In this document: positions 46,899 to 60,000 of the stretch, piece after piece
Numbering within the stretch: position 1 is the first letter of the stretch
How the letters are laid out: the number at the start of each line of letters is the position of its first letter
Assembly (NCBI RefSeq): GCF_902652985.1
Contig: NC_047022.1
Location: 12,834,001-12,898,000, forward strand
DNA from: Pecten maximus
Taxonomy: Eukaryota
Reading direction: 5' to 3'
DNA length: 64,000 bases
Made by a program: the position numbers and the translations under genes
Notes under the pieces: model-generated
What the model was told of the DNA's origin: nothing
Databases searched by the model: none
The model's input: the letters and a program-made list of their open reading frames with translations, nothing else

Positions 46899-49282
46899 TT
46901 CTCATCAACAACGACAAGAGAATTGTTCCTGTTCAATTTGTCACCATTTTTCATCGTGATGACCACCTATAATCATTATGTTATCAATACAGGACAGCAA
47001 ACGAAAGGGACAGAGGTATTGTATCGGTTTTACGGTGATACATCAATAACAATTAGCATTCATTACTATACAGTGTATATGTAAAATACAGGGGAAATTT
47101 TTTTTTATGATTTCTGAGTCATCATCGATTTGTTTATCATTAATATTTATGGGAGCACATCAGCTATCATGTTTACTTCATTAAAATGTTGGTAAAATCA
47201 ATAACATTTGCTTTATTACCGGTTTCCGGTGAGTTGTAATCATTGATTACTGGAGAGGGAAAATCCATTTTAAAGATACGGGAGTTTATTACAGTTTTAC
47301 GGTAGCATCTGATCTGTATACACTTTATCATCGATTCATATACTACAGACAGGAGATTAATTTCAAAGATGACTGGACATTATATCCACAAACAAACTCC
47401 TATTCAATACACCACTTAACTAATAATGGAGAAAGGTCAACATCAGATTCTATGAGCTGTTGATCTGGGGGTTTTCGACCAGTGGCTCACCTTTTGTGGA
47501 AACTAAACTGTGTGGATGTTGACAATGGTACAATTCATAACATGTTGGAGTTTAAAGTTTGGATTTCATCAAATAACAGACATCGACCAAAAGATATTTG
47601 TTACGCGTTGAAGAGATCGTTTTAGATGAGAAATTCCTCGTCTGTCATGTTGAATTTGGTCTGTGTTACATTTGTCAATATACTCGATTTCTATAAGTGC
47701 TCTTCCTGCACGCTCGGAGGTATTGTCAATAGAGATATACAATAACGTATGTTTGCGTAGTTTAGTATTGCCCCTTTAAATGTGACTGATCAGAAGGCCA
47801 GACTAGCTGTGTACAGCGCTAAATTGTCATGTACGGTTCTAAATCAATCTATAATAGGATTGTTTAGTAGTTTTATTATCGAATTACATCATTTCAATAC
47901 TTACCACGAAATGGCATGTTTGTATACGGGTCTAGCCATTATAATAATGAACTTATGTAACTAAACACACAATATGTGATGGATGAACTCATTTTAATAC
48001 ACCCTGAGGATTTGACATGAAACATTGTATTCCGTATCGTATCCTCTACCATTTCCTCTACATTGTCATCGACACTTTATATTTCTATGACAATTTCTAA
48101 ATTTCTCGCCATCTCGAGAAATTATCCATTTTTTTCTTATTTGCACATAAAAATATACAAAACGGTTAATCTTGCTTGTTTGGATTAAATGCATACATGT
48201 TGTAACTAACGCTAAAATATAAATGAAGAATGTGTAATCAGTTTGTGTGATATTAAGTTAGAAGTTCTCAATGCTCTTGATATTCCTGGTGGCCACAGGT
48301 TCTCATTTTGAGGATATGACATAACCTGCATTTAAACCTACATTCCCATAGTGGGTGGAATAGAAGACGCCTACTACTGTAGAACACCTGGTCCTAATAT
48401 CATTCGTTCTTTTTCAATGGTCCTCATGTGGATCTATACTGTATTCATAACTTGCCTCCAATTTGCAATACATCCTCATCTATCTAGTTTTCAATTCAGA
48501 AACTTAATACACATATTAAATTACATTAGTAAAACGGCAAGATATACATCCCTCAAATAATTGACATTTGTTCATAGTCTGTTTAAAATTGGTTTTGAAA
48601 TATAGTGCATTATTACAAATGGATCTTCTCACAAAGTATCATTAGATAGACCAAACGCGTCCTGCCAAGGGTGTTATATGTGATTAAAATACCGCAAACG
48701 CTTCACTTTAAAAATCGTCCCACGTTACGTATATCTCAAACTATCTACCTTGAGGAAATACTTTAAGTTAGATTTATTTCTTTTCAACGATGTATATTAA
48801 AAGTTTACTTAAAAGTACATTATGTTATTATATATAATGTGTATGTTTAAACATACTGCTTAATGTATCTGGAGAGATTTCTTTACGTTGATATTCAGTC
48901 GTTAATGTTAAGGTACATTCGTCAAGTACAAGGGATATTCAAATCAAATTAGGTTTTTATTTGAAATAGATACCGTATAATTGCAAAACCAATTAATTAT
49001 AATTCTGTGTATCATCTTTAAAACACGTTTCAATACGGCTATATGATTTCACCCGTTCACCAATATAACTTTACATAAATATTTGTAATGAATTCATAAA
49101 TATTATGAGTATATTAATGAATGAGATAATATAATCACTGTTAACTTGTATCTAAAACACCATTCATCTTCATCCGTTATGATAAACCCTCTTAGCGTTA
49201 AAGATCCGCTCGGTTGTGAAACAAATTATTTTGACATGTATACTTTTAATTGGATTATTAATTAGTATAATTAATTACGTAC

Positions 49283-49310
49283 CGTCATCTGAAACTCCAT
49301 TCATCTTCAT
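49283..49310 (-). CDS. Candidate first coding exon of the NWD-like gene (MKMNGVSDD-G)
   Basis: ATG at 49310; phase-1 donor G|GTACGT matches the phase-1 acceptor at 35159; GC-richer upstream segment. No homology support. Confidence 0.35.
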
Positions 49311-49889
49311 GTAATGTTATAGCTCCAGTCGGTGTACCATGGTACCCCCTCCTGTTACTCCGTAACACTGACACCTGTCCGCTATCTATAGCCCAACCAC
49401 AGGTTACCAAGGACGCACAAATTCCAACATGGCTGCCGCTTCAAAGGATTTAACTACAATAGACTATTTTAAAAGCTGTTATAGGTATTATGTTTGAACA
49501 GCGAGGCTCTCTAGAACAACAAATCGGTTATATTGTCAATGTAACTATTGATGATGTCTGTGCTTTCCGTAGATTGGGCCGAATATAGATAAGTACTAGC
49601 GAGATATATGGTTCTATATATGCCTATATGAGGTCGCCTGAGTAGGAATATTGAGGTACAAAATCTCTATTGAAATTCGTTGAAGCTCGACGGGTTAGAT
49701 TTAAAATGACACAATAATCGGATGAAATTTCAGTCGGGTCACTTCAGCATTTAAGTATATAACACCTATATATAAGTATAAACCGTTAGGTACGCGTTCA
49801 TTGTGCATACTGTTCTTCACTACACCAGTGTACCTGTGGTATATCTACCGTATGGATCCTAATGAGTATATCGGTAGATGTATACTGGT

Positions 49890-50272
49890 ATGTACGGTGA
49901 TCTTGAAATGACTCACAACAAAAACTTAACACTAATATATGGTATCATGAAATGGTCTTGTACAAAACCTTAACACCAATATACGGTGATCTTGAAATGA
50001 TCTAGTACAAAAACTTAACACCAATATATGGTATCATGAAATGATCTAGTACAAAAACTTAACACCAATATATGGTATCATGAAATGATCTAGTACAAAA
50101 ACTTAACACCAATATATGGTATCATGAAATGGTCTAGAACAAAAACTTAACACCAATATATGGTATCATGAAATGATCTAGTACAAAAACTTAACACCAA
50201 TATATGGTGATCTTGAAATGCTCCAGAACAAAAACTTAACACCAATATATGGTATCATGAAATGATCTAGAA
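49890..50272. repeat. 44-bp minisatellite (AAAAACTTAACACCAATATATGGTATCATGAAATGATCTAGTAC), about 8 copies
   Basis: Tandem units. Confidence 0.95.
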
Positions 50273-53200
50273 TCTAGATTTATACGTAACGGTTGGTTTC
50301 TGTTGCCAGAACCAAATTTGTACAACAGTCATTTACGCTGTTAAATCACGAACTGCTTGTTAGGGTAAGCCACCCCAGACTGACGTGGTAGAAGATGAAG
50401 CGAATGAGCATTGTCTTACCTGTAACCTGTAAACAACAAAACAATACTGTAACAAAGAGGACAGAATAAGAAAAACAAAAGGTATATTTACAGAAAGGCC
50501 ATTGGAAATGAATACGGATGTTCAGACCAGGTGTTATAGCATTTCAAAGATGTATGTTTTATTCGCAATCATGCTATCTGAACTCAAGCAGCCTTTCACT
50601 AATTGAAAAATAACAAGACAATCAATGGTTTCTGTTGTATGCTTTTTGCCGTTGTAAATATATATAGCATATAATGATCACTTTAAAATTTTTGATTATC
50701 CTAATCAGAAATGTATTTTGATAATAAATTGGCTATTGCAAATTAAAGAATGCCGTTTACGAATTATATAACATATTTAAAATACTATTTATGCACATAC
50801 GTTAGATAATTAAGGAGTAATTTTACCTAAACATAAAGTAATGTCAGTTCTGCTTTTTATCTTTCAAATCACGTCTAGAACGGGTTTTCTTTATAACTCT
50901 ATTCTATGCATACAAAGAGGGAAGGCAACACTTAACAAGGAAGTCGTGTACTCATGTTTTGGACATTTATGATAATTAAGAATATCCTTTACCTTTACAC
51001 AAACATAAAGACATACCTACCGGCGGGTACATAATACGATGTGCCATTTTAGAGACGTATCTGATACTTTTCAAAGGTATCGTGTTACATGATGATACTG
51101 TACATAATATATATATATATATATATAGCAATCATCAAACCTTTGTAATTATCAGCTATTTTTATTAGTACTTCTATGGGCAGGTTACTTAAAAGATCAA
51201 TACCTTTATAACCGAAGACAAAAATACAATAACGGTAATTTCTATACATGTTGTGCTTAAAATACAATGAAATGTACAGTGGTATTGACAATGTTTTCGA
51301 TAATAATTACGATTTGTACTTTGTCTTCCATAAACATGACGATTATACACCTGTTTTCTACACCTGTACATTGACTGAAGGTAAATATATGTCCCTCTTC
51401 ACAAAAAAGTTTAACAAGGTCTTCTGAATTTTTATATACAATGATAATATACCATGCTTATATTTGGTAATATGTGGTAATATATATATTGAAATTTATA
51501 GAAACTATGGTAATACGAGTGAAATAGAACATAGTGTTTATACATGTTTACATGGTAAAACGTGCAATATGTGTATACTAGTTAATTGAGGAAGGAAAAG
51601 TCTAAACAAATCCGTCAATATTATATATAATATCAGGCCCTTTCCCGCTATGTTTAAAAGGATTACACACATTACCGTCCCGTCCTCTTCTCCTTACTCC
51701 GACCATATCATTTAACAGCGAGTGTAAATGTATTAAATTTATAGACGGACACGAGTTTCTTCCCTTGTTTTCTAAACCACTTAGCCTAACTTGTTCCGAT
51801 TTAAGGGACGCAACTCTGGTTTCTCTATGCATTACTGAATACAATTTAGCATTGCATGCATTTTAGGTCATCAATATGTTGGTCGATAAATGAAGATAAT
51901 GGCAAATCAAGATACTTACTGTAAGTATCATTTATTCATGGTAACGAAGTATTCAATGTAATTATACAAATTGTATCATATATTATATTTAATATATGGA
52001 ATATTTACTATGCTATATATCTAAATAAATTTATTTACTAAATAAAATGTTTATTTTTACTATTTAAGATATCTATATTTGCTTTGTAATGTTTACTCTA
52101 TAAAACACCTTGGAAATTTTATATCTTAAAATTTTTATTTGACGTATAAGATACCTTTAGATAAATGATATAAACTTTTTCGTTTTCTGTATGATATCTC
52201 TATCTTTATATTAGATAATCATAAAACATAACTAATATATAAAGCGCAGCAGTTCATGAGAATATATCAGAGCTCGGAGCAAAGAAACATCAGGCTCCAG
52301 TTTCATCAATGTGCCTTAACTTTAGGATATCCCTTAAGTTTTTTTTCTAAAGGAAAGCTTTACATTTCTTAATTCAACAATGATTTCCTATGGAACATTT
52401 TGAAGGGAACACAATGTTTAGATTTCGCTATATTGCACCGAGTAATTGTTTACGGTCAAGCATTGGAATACTTGATAAAATTGTACCACTTTATGTGCAA
52501 AAAAAGGTTGTAAGATTCAAACTTTCGCCGATCAACACTCGATTCCTAGGCCAACTGTGTGAACTAACCAGTAAGGTAGCAATACGAAAACTGACAATGT
52601 ATGGGAGGGCCTATCCGATTAACTCCGCTAGCTTTGCTCTGCCACGTCACCCTAGGTAATTATCACCCTTACCCTTTTTGAATCACGACATCATTTTCGT
52701 TCTTCCCTTTGCATTTTCAGGTTAGTAAGACTCCATCTGAGTCGGAAACCCATCGGCATTTTATATCTAAATTTCCTGCAATTCGCATGCAAAATCACAT
52801 TATTTATACTTTCCCGAACAATGATAATATGAATTAGTGTTGAGTAGCAGAGTTTTTTATGGTTTTATTCAGAGATGGTTTGGTACGAACTTTTAAATTT
52901 CAAAAATAATAGAAAATGTAACTTAAACATACGTTCAAAATTGATAATGCTTCTTGTCGGTAACGAAACAGAAATCTAACTTTTAAGTCCATTTAAGTGC
53001 CTGACATCACCTTCGTCAGACGTTTCGTCACGATCCACGACACCGGCTGGGTTAATCTCGCTACTTCCTCTTTTTATTGTCGTCTTCTTCATTCTTTCTA
53101 TCACGTGACCGGTTTGCTTCATCATTATAGACATGAATGCAGGTTTCCCGTCACATCGCGTATCTGGCACTTTATCCTCTGCTTACAGTATTTCTCTCTC

Positions 53201-53629
53201 TCTTCCGCAAATTCAAGCTGGATGCGATATCTGCCTAACTACTTTAACCAGTTTCTTCCTGTCCGCTCTATAACACTTGACAGTCGAAACGCTGGCCAGT
53301 GTTCCTACGCTCAACATCCAACCTTACATCAAACAACCGTATCCTACTGATGACATTCTTCCATTGAATTGTGTTCCTCCACTCGTTCGTCTCTTCCATT
53401 TTGTCTTCACATAGTAACAGCAATTCCATCATCAGGGCTTCCCCCAGTTGTGGAAGCACACCCCAATGTGCGCTCAGAATGGTCGTGGTGTTACCTATAT
53501 TGGAAAACATTTTCATGTGGATGTCTGTCCATTATATTCCGTCTATCGTCATTACCATGTTCTTGCTTCAATCCCCATCGCACCTTAAGAAATAGATTTG
53601 GCTCTATCTTTACTTTCCGTTTAATAATT

Positions 53630-53870
53630 GCCCTACCGGTGAAACCGGTGGGACTATAGGTTTTCGTTGTCTGACAGTCTGTTTGTCTGTCCATCTGACA
53701 GTCCGTCCACTCAGTTTTCCGCATGCTTCAATGTATGTTGGTGAAAGTTGGAATGTAACTTCAGTATGAGTAGCTACAGATCAAGTTTGAGTTTCAAGGT
53801 TTTTGGATGAAGGTCACGGTCCCTGTTATTATTTCAGCGGGGCCGGTAGAAATACCCAGCAAACTTTTTG
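53630..53870 (+). mobile_element. Pearl/HINE-like non-autonomous element
   Basis: CCCTACCGGTGAAACCGGTGGGACTATAGG hairpin head, (CTGT/CCGT)n tract, core shared with 13925 and head shared with 24534. Confidence 0.7.
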
Positions 53871-56828
53871 AAATAGCAGTAATCATGTTGAATAAATAGA
53901 TACAAAGACAATGCGATTTTTTTTTACATTGTACATGCATATTGTTGATGTATTGCATCATGCAAGCAAAATATAACATTAACTCTGGTGAGATGTTCAT
54001 CCATATTAACTACATAGCCATCAGACGAAATGTCAACAAATTATACGTGGAGCCATTTCATGTAAACACTAACACTTTTTGAAGCGATTCATTAGCGTTT
54101 GGAACTGCTTGACCGCGTCAAATCATTAGATACGTCGTAAATAAGAATTCATTGTAAATCACATAGCTTAAGGTCCTAGATACTATCAGTGTGGTACTGA
54201 AAGGCAAAACCCATTATTGACGTTTTATTGTGAAGTCTCATTAAGGACTTACAATTATCTAGATGAAAATACGTCTATGGACTTCTAAGGAAGAAAGTCA
54301 CTGTGTATAGCTTGACTTTCAGTGGAATAATTGTGTGTCGTATTGATTTTTGTGTTAAATAATATATTATCTCTGGATTAGTAATCAATGGACCATGACC
54401 ACGAATAATGCTGGTAACTAACTGGGTTATTTATTATTGATAAAACATTATATTACTGCGGCAATAAATCATATAGGATAATATTTGACAATAACGATAT
54501 TGATCTGTTTTCAACAATACACTCCAAAGTCCCCAGGGTCAGCCCAGGTTTATCTTTTGTCCATTATTGTAGCAAACTAAAGCATAACACGTGCAACATA
54601 TGCCTGTTCGCTCAGATTCTCAAAGTTATATCTTGGAGCCATCTTCACCATGGAAACCGTAGAGGCACACGTAGAAATCGACAACCGATCACACATCAAA
54701 GCCTTGTCATAGTCAATATCAGTTGTAAATCTCTATTTTGTCACGATTATTCCAGCTATAAAAAAATGCCTGAACCCATCGGGTGTATGCGAAGCTCGTA
54801 AACTGTGCAGCTCGAAAGCTGGCTGCACTCAAAATCGATTAAGCATGCGATGGTCTTAATATGCCGAATGGATACTTGCGATATCATAAATTCAATGTTG
54901 AATAATTAAACAACTATGCTTGTCCTTTACATTTCATTTATTAGCTAATCCAGTCTTGTTCTAAATGTCAGAACGTTCTGGAGTGCCATGTTGGCAATCA
55001 AGGTTTCCTAACGGAGACAGTTCAATCGACGCTGACAAAATATTTCAGCCTTCATCTTGACCTCTCTGGCTGTACTTTGAATTAATTCAGAAAGTGATCG
55101 ATGGTGTTAAATTATCAGTATTTGCGGCTTCATTTTGAAATAATGTAAACTGATTCATAACTCAAATAGTTCATCGTCTAGGTGAGAATATCTTCATATT
55201 AAATTTTGACATTTGGACGATATGTTATTTACAAGGACACGTTTGTACACATAAGCATGACCACTGACCTATATAGGGAAATGAATTTATGAATATCCTG
55301 ATAATCATAATCATCGTTCTGTTACACGCCTCTGGCAGTTATTCTAATTATTCAAGTAAACAAATTAATGTCCATACCTCTATCGCCTGACCCTTAGCTT
55401 ACTTAAATATATGCCATATTTTTATGCTACATTTTAAACGCTCTTGTTATGATATTTCCGTCTAATATATTTTAATAAAGGAAAATGGAGAAAAAAAGAA
55501 GAACATTGATCTTAATATACCTTTTGAAAACTTCAATGCCTCGGCTTAAAATCGGTTTCTTTTCAACGAACATTATAATGAGTTGTTAAACTCGATAAAT
55601 ATCCGATTAGGAAAAGCAGGTTTAAGTATACTTAATAGCCATACAGTACACAATAGTCTGCAATACTTAATAACCGCAACATGCAAAACAAAATTGCGAA
55701 ACCAAAATGACCGGCCAGGGTGCCAGATGTTACTTAACGCGATGCTTCCAAATGGATAAAAAAGGAAACGAAATGCATAATGCATCAAATCAATTCAAGT
55801 GTTATCGCTTAAGAGGTATTTCTAAATTTCCAAATGGGAAAAAATGGTGAAATATATTATTTATCGAGTCCTACCCACTTTGGGGCGTAAGGGCTCATGG
55901 CAATGGTAATGATGGGTAGATATGTATGTATGGGTCATCACCTAAGTTATACGTATTTTTTCACTCCATATATTCAAAGATGTATTTTCAACGTCACGGT
56001 ACTATTTAACCAACAATGGTTACATTAACAAAGCATGATTTTCCCGTTATCAATGTATTATTGTTATGTCGTAAGCCAAGCAAATCGAACGTGTCATCGC
56101 TATGAAGATTGTATATAGATCTTTGGAAAAAATATATATCTTAATCTGTAGCTGATTCGTTATACTGTTGAACAATGAAGGGGTAATGACGTTACTTATT
56201 TCCCATGCCCTTTGTGTAAATAAAACAGTGGATAGCCTCATTTAAATGCTTTTGTTCGGATAGATCGTCATGGATTGCAGACCTGAAATAACGCCGAGTA
56301 AAAAAGAGGGTATTGATTTTTTGAAATAGAATGCGTGATCATTGTTGAAACGTGATATTCACTGAAAGTATAAACTCAGTGACGCGCTAATATCTGATGT
56401 GGTAGTTAAAGAGTCGACATTACAGTTATACACGATACTACTGATTGAAATGATTTTAGTAGTATACGTTCATGAACCGTAATGACCTTTTTTACTGTAT
56501 TGATAAACTATATTTTTATAAAGTATCAACCGTGTCGATATGATTACCTGTCGATTATTGATTAACTGTGTTTAGACGAGAGAGCTTCAATACAGCTTGA
56601 CTATCAGGCTGCGTTTCTGCGTATGTTGATATTTACCTTATACAGGTTAAAGCCCCGGTAGCTAACTATTGTGAAATCGGTTTACGTTACTTTATGCACA
56701 TAACAATGCCCAGCAGTGTAGGATATCGGCAGTGTTGTGGCTTTCAGCGTCAAACGAGGACGCTCAATACATAGTCTGCCTGACATTATGTAAAACGGTT
56801 AGCAGACGGTATCCCCCACCAGAGGAAG

Positions 56829-57090
56829 ATGAGGCACCGGCAAGGTAAAACGGTTGAGCATAAATACCATGGAGGTAAAGAAAATGGGGCAAATTCGAAC
56901 AGCAGAAACAAGAAATTGAAACAACACAATATTTCTGAAGAGGAAAACCATTCGGAGGAAGAACATATATTTCCAAATTGGTCGCCATGGATACTTTATG
57001 CCGCTACTTTGGTGATGCGTGTAACTTATATAAACCGGAAATCTAATTGGTGGATTTACCATCCAGACGAGATATATCAATCTATTGAAG
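56829..57090 (+). CDS. First coding exon of a GT22-family (PIG-B/PIG-Z/Alg9-like) Dol-P-Man mannosyltransferase
   Basis: Basic N-terminus, TM segment (WILYAATLVMRV), then HPDEIYQSIE matching the GT22 first luminal-loop motif; G|GTAAGG donor; upstream acceptor at 56644-56645. Later exons were not found in the window. Confidence 0.72.
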
Positions 57091-60000
57091 GTAAGGAAGA
57101 AATTGAACCTGGAATTATGATAAAAGATCATCGAAATTTGTGTTGTTTATACCTACCATACGAATTAATGACATAATGCATTCTTGCAGTTAAACATGTC
57201 TAAAACCACCCCTCAACAACAGCTTTTATTTCAAGCAATTTTCGAGAGTGCATAAAATCTAAAGGAAATAGTGTATAATATGTATATCACACATTTTGTT
57301 TTTATTTTCTAAAGTCATTCTTTAGTTAGTATGTGATATATGTTAAAATTGATATACTCTGTCTTTACCATGAACATATCATGATAAAACTTAAGGGTGG
57401 TCGAATGTATGATATTATCTACAGACAGCTTGTAATCCTTAGACATCTGTAACGTATATAATACAAATCACGCTACATACGAAATAAAGACACAGTCCCT
57501 GTATAATACCTAGAGTTATACTCTTCGTTATAATTTATAGCCAAGTACGATACCAGGAGTACTTTATTTACAGGCTAATGTCTTTAGTATGCATTAGCCA
57601 GCTGTCATGTCGGTCAATGTAAATAATTAATGAGGGGATAAACATCATTAATATACAATGTTATTATGTATGTCATGTGTAATGTATCTCACTTTGTCAC
57701 GTGTGATCCCACCATAGAACATGTGTATTTTTTTCGAGACAGACTTAATTAAACCGTCTGTTTTAGGTTTCAAATAGACCTGCATACATTTCTTTTTGTA
57801 ACAAAACATTTCGGTTTGTAGAATTAAAGATACACTTGTTGGAATCGTGCTTAACATGAAACTGATCCTGTTTATGGCATCAGATGGGGTTAATAAGTAA
57901 CCAGTAATGCATAGCTTAGCGTTATATATCTAAGGGAGTATTGTGACACAACCTTAATGCAATACCCATTTTATACTTAGGTATGTAGATTTGAGTAAAG
58001 GACGTAAATCTGTTGGCGTTTCTTTAACAAGAAAACACACCCAGGCTTATCAAATGTCAGTAGTCACCCGATATCTCTAGAAAAGTAATTTTAGTTCTGG
58101 TATTTAACATCAGTTTTGTGCCATTGGAATTGTGTACTATAATTAGGATCTACGTGAGTGAACTTGACTTTATGACAGATATATATGTGTGTGGGCAATA
58201 AAAGCCAGGGAAACGATAAAGTAACAGGCAATTCATAATTAAAGTATGTACATGCATACTCTATTCTGTTAAATCAAGCGTTTCTAGACTTCTGTTCCTT
58301 ACTACTTATGAACTGCACTGCTGCCTTACTTAATCATATTCACACAACTTAATGGTTTATCTTAACACCTACTACCAGCTAAACCGTATTAACATTCTTA
58401 AATCATAAATCCTAAATGAAATGGACAATGACGACATAATGGATATCCTCAAAACATTAAAAGGTTAATTATATTATCTTGCCCAGTGTTACCTCCTAGA
58501 CATGACACTGATTACTAACGCCATAGCTTTAATTATAGCAATATCTGGTAAAAACTTATTAGGTTTTTTTCTGAATGCTTTAAGGGGCCATAAATGGGCA
58601 TCATTCCCAATTGAAATTATTTCATATTTAGGCCAAATTCCCAAAATTTGCAGTTTACTCCTGATAAAATCTTTCCCACTTCAAAATCTGCATCCCAAGA
58701 TGAGACAAAACGCCATATCCCGAACCAGTTAGAAAACGCCCCGCCTATTGACTCGATAACCTCTGTCCTACCTTCAGTAATTACTTTCGCTTGTTACCGA
58801 GATTTAAAGTAATTATAGTATACATGTTGCTTGTCCAAACACAACCTATCACTTTCAGTGCGTGTCATCTTTGTCCAATGAATGTGCTATTTTTAGGTTT
58901 CCATATTAAGTTTCTGTCATGAAACCTGTGGAAAATAAATATATTGACACCAGCATGCTCGACCAAATCAAAATACCCTTGTAAAACTATTGTTGTCTAT
59001 GTATAGACATACATGATATTGGACTTCTAAAGGGCGACTTCGGGGAAGTCAATATTGTAATGCTAATTCTATAGACGGTACAATACGGCAGACAAAATTA
59101 AAAAGAATTTGTCTCCATTTTTTTTTAAAATCTTTTTCATAACAATAAACTAATACCGTGCTGACCTGTGAAAGACGATGAAATGGCAAAGATGTATTGT
59201 TTACATAGAAAAGTAAATGTTTGGACGGTGTCTCACGGTATATATAAAGTAATACAAAAACCACCTGTTCGTAAATAAATGTCTTTTTAACGATACAATT
59301 TCAAGTACATATTTGATAACCTCTTTGTAATTGTAATATACGTAAACTGTGCTGATCTCCAATTTCCGCCAATCAAAAGAAATCCAAGAAGCAAGAAAGA
59401 GTTGTAGGACGCCGTTTACTTTTTTTTTTTTTTTTTTTTGATCTTCTGTATTCTATCTAATTCTTCCATAAAAGAACAGATTTGGTATGAAAAACCGATA
59501 TTTAAACCCTTTATTTCTCTTTTTGTTTTTTAGATTATTGTTTACAAAATGTGTTCCACTTAATCTTATGATAGAGAATTTCATCTGTTTCCCTTTCTTA
59601 AATTCCGCTTCAATACAGTACATATTCACAACAACACATTGTTAGATTGAACTAACACGGTGTAAAACGTCGCTACTGTACACTCGATTGTAGTTTTTGT
59701 AATGAATGAAAATTCATTATCATATGTCATGGGCAAACCAACAGGATAAAGTTCATATCCCTCACTTTCTGCACTTTCTATAATTAGAAATTCTATCAAC
59801 ACCATTTGTTCAGCCATTCGAAGAAATCGAGACTGTGACTGTAAACCACGGCCGGTTGATTAGTTTATTTCAAATGCACTGGCAGTTCAGCTCTATTTCA
59901 TGCTGAGTATGCTAAATTATTATTATTCTTTCCATTTTAGTGTTAAGCGTATTTCATTTCGCATACCAGACGACTAAATCACGAATTATTTGCATTAAGA

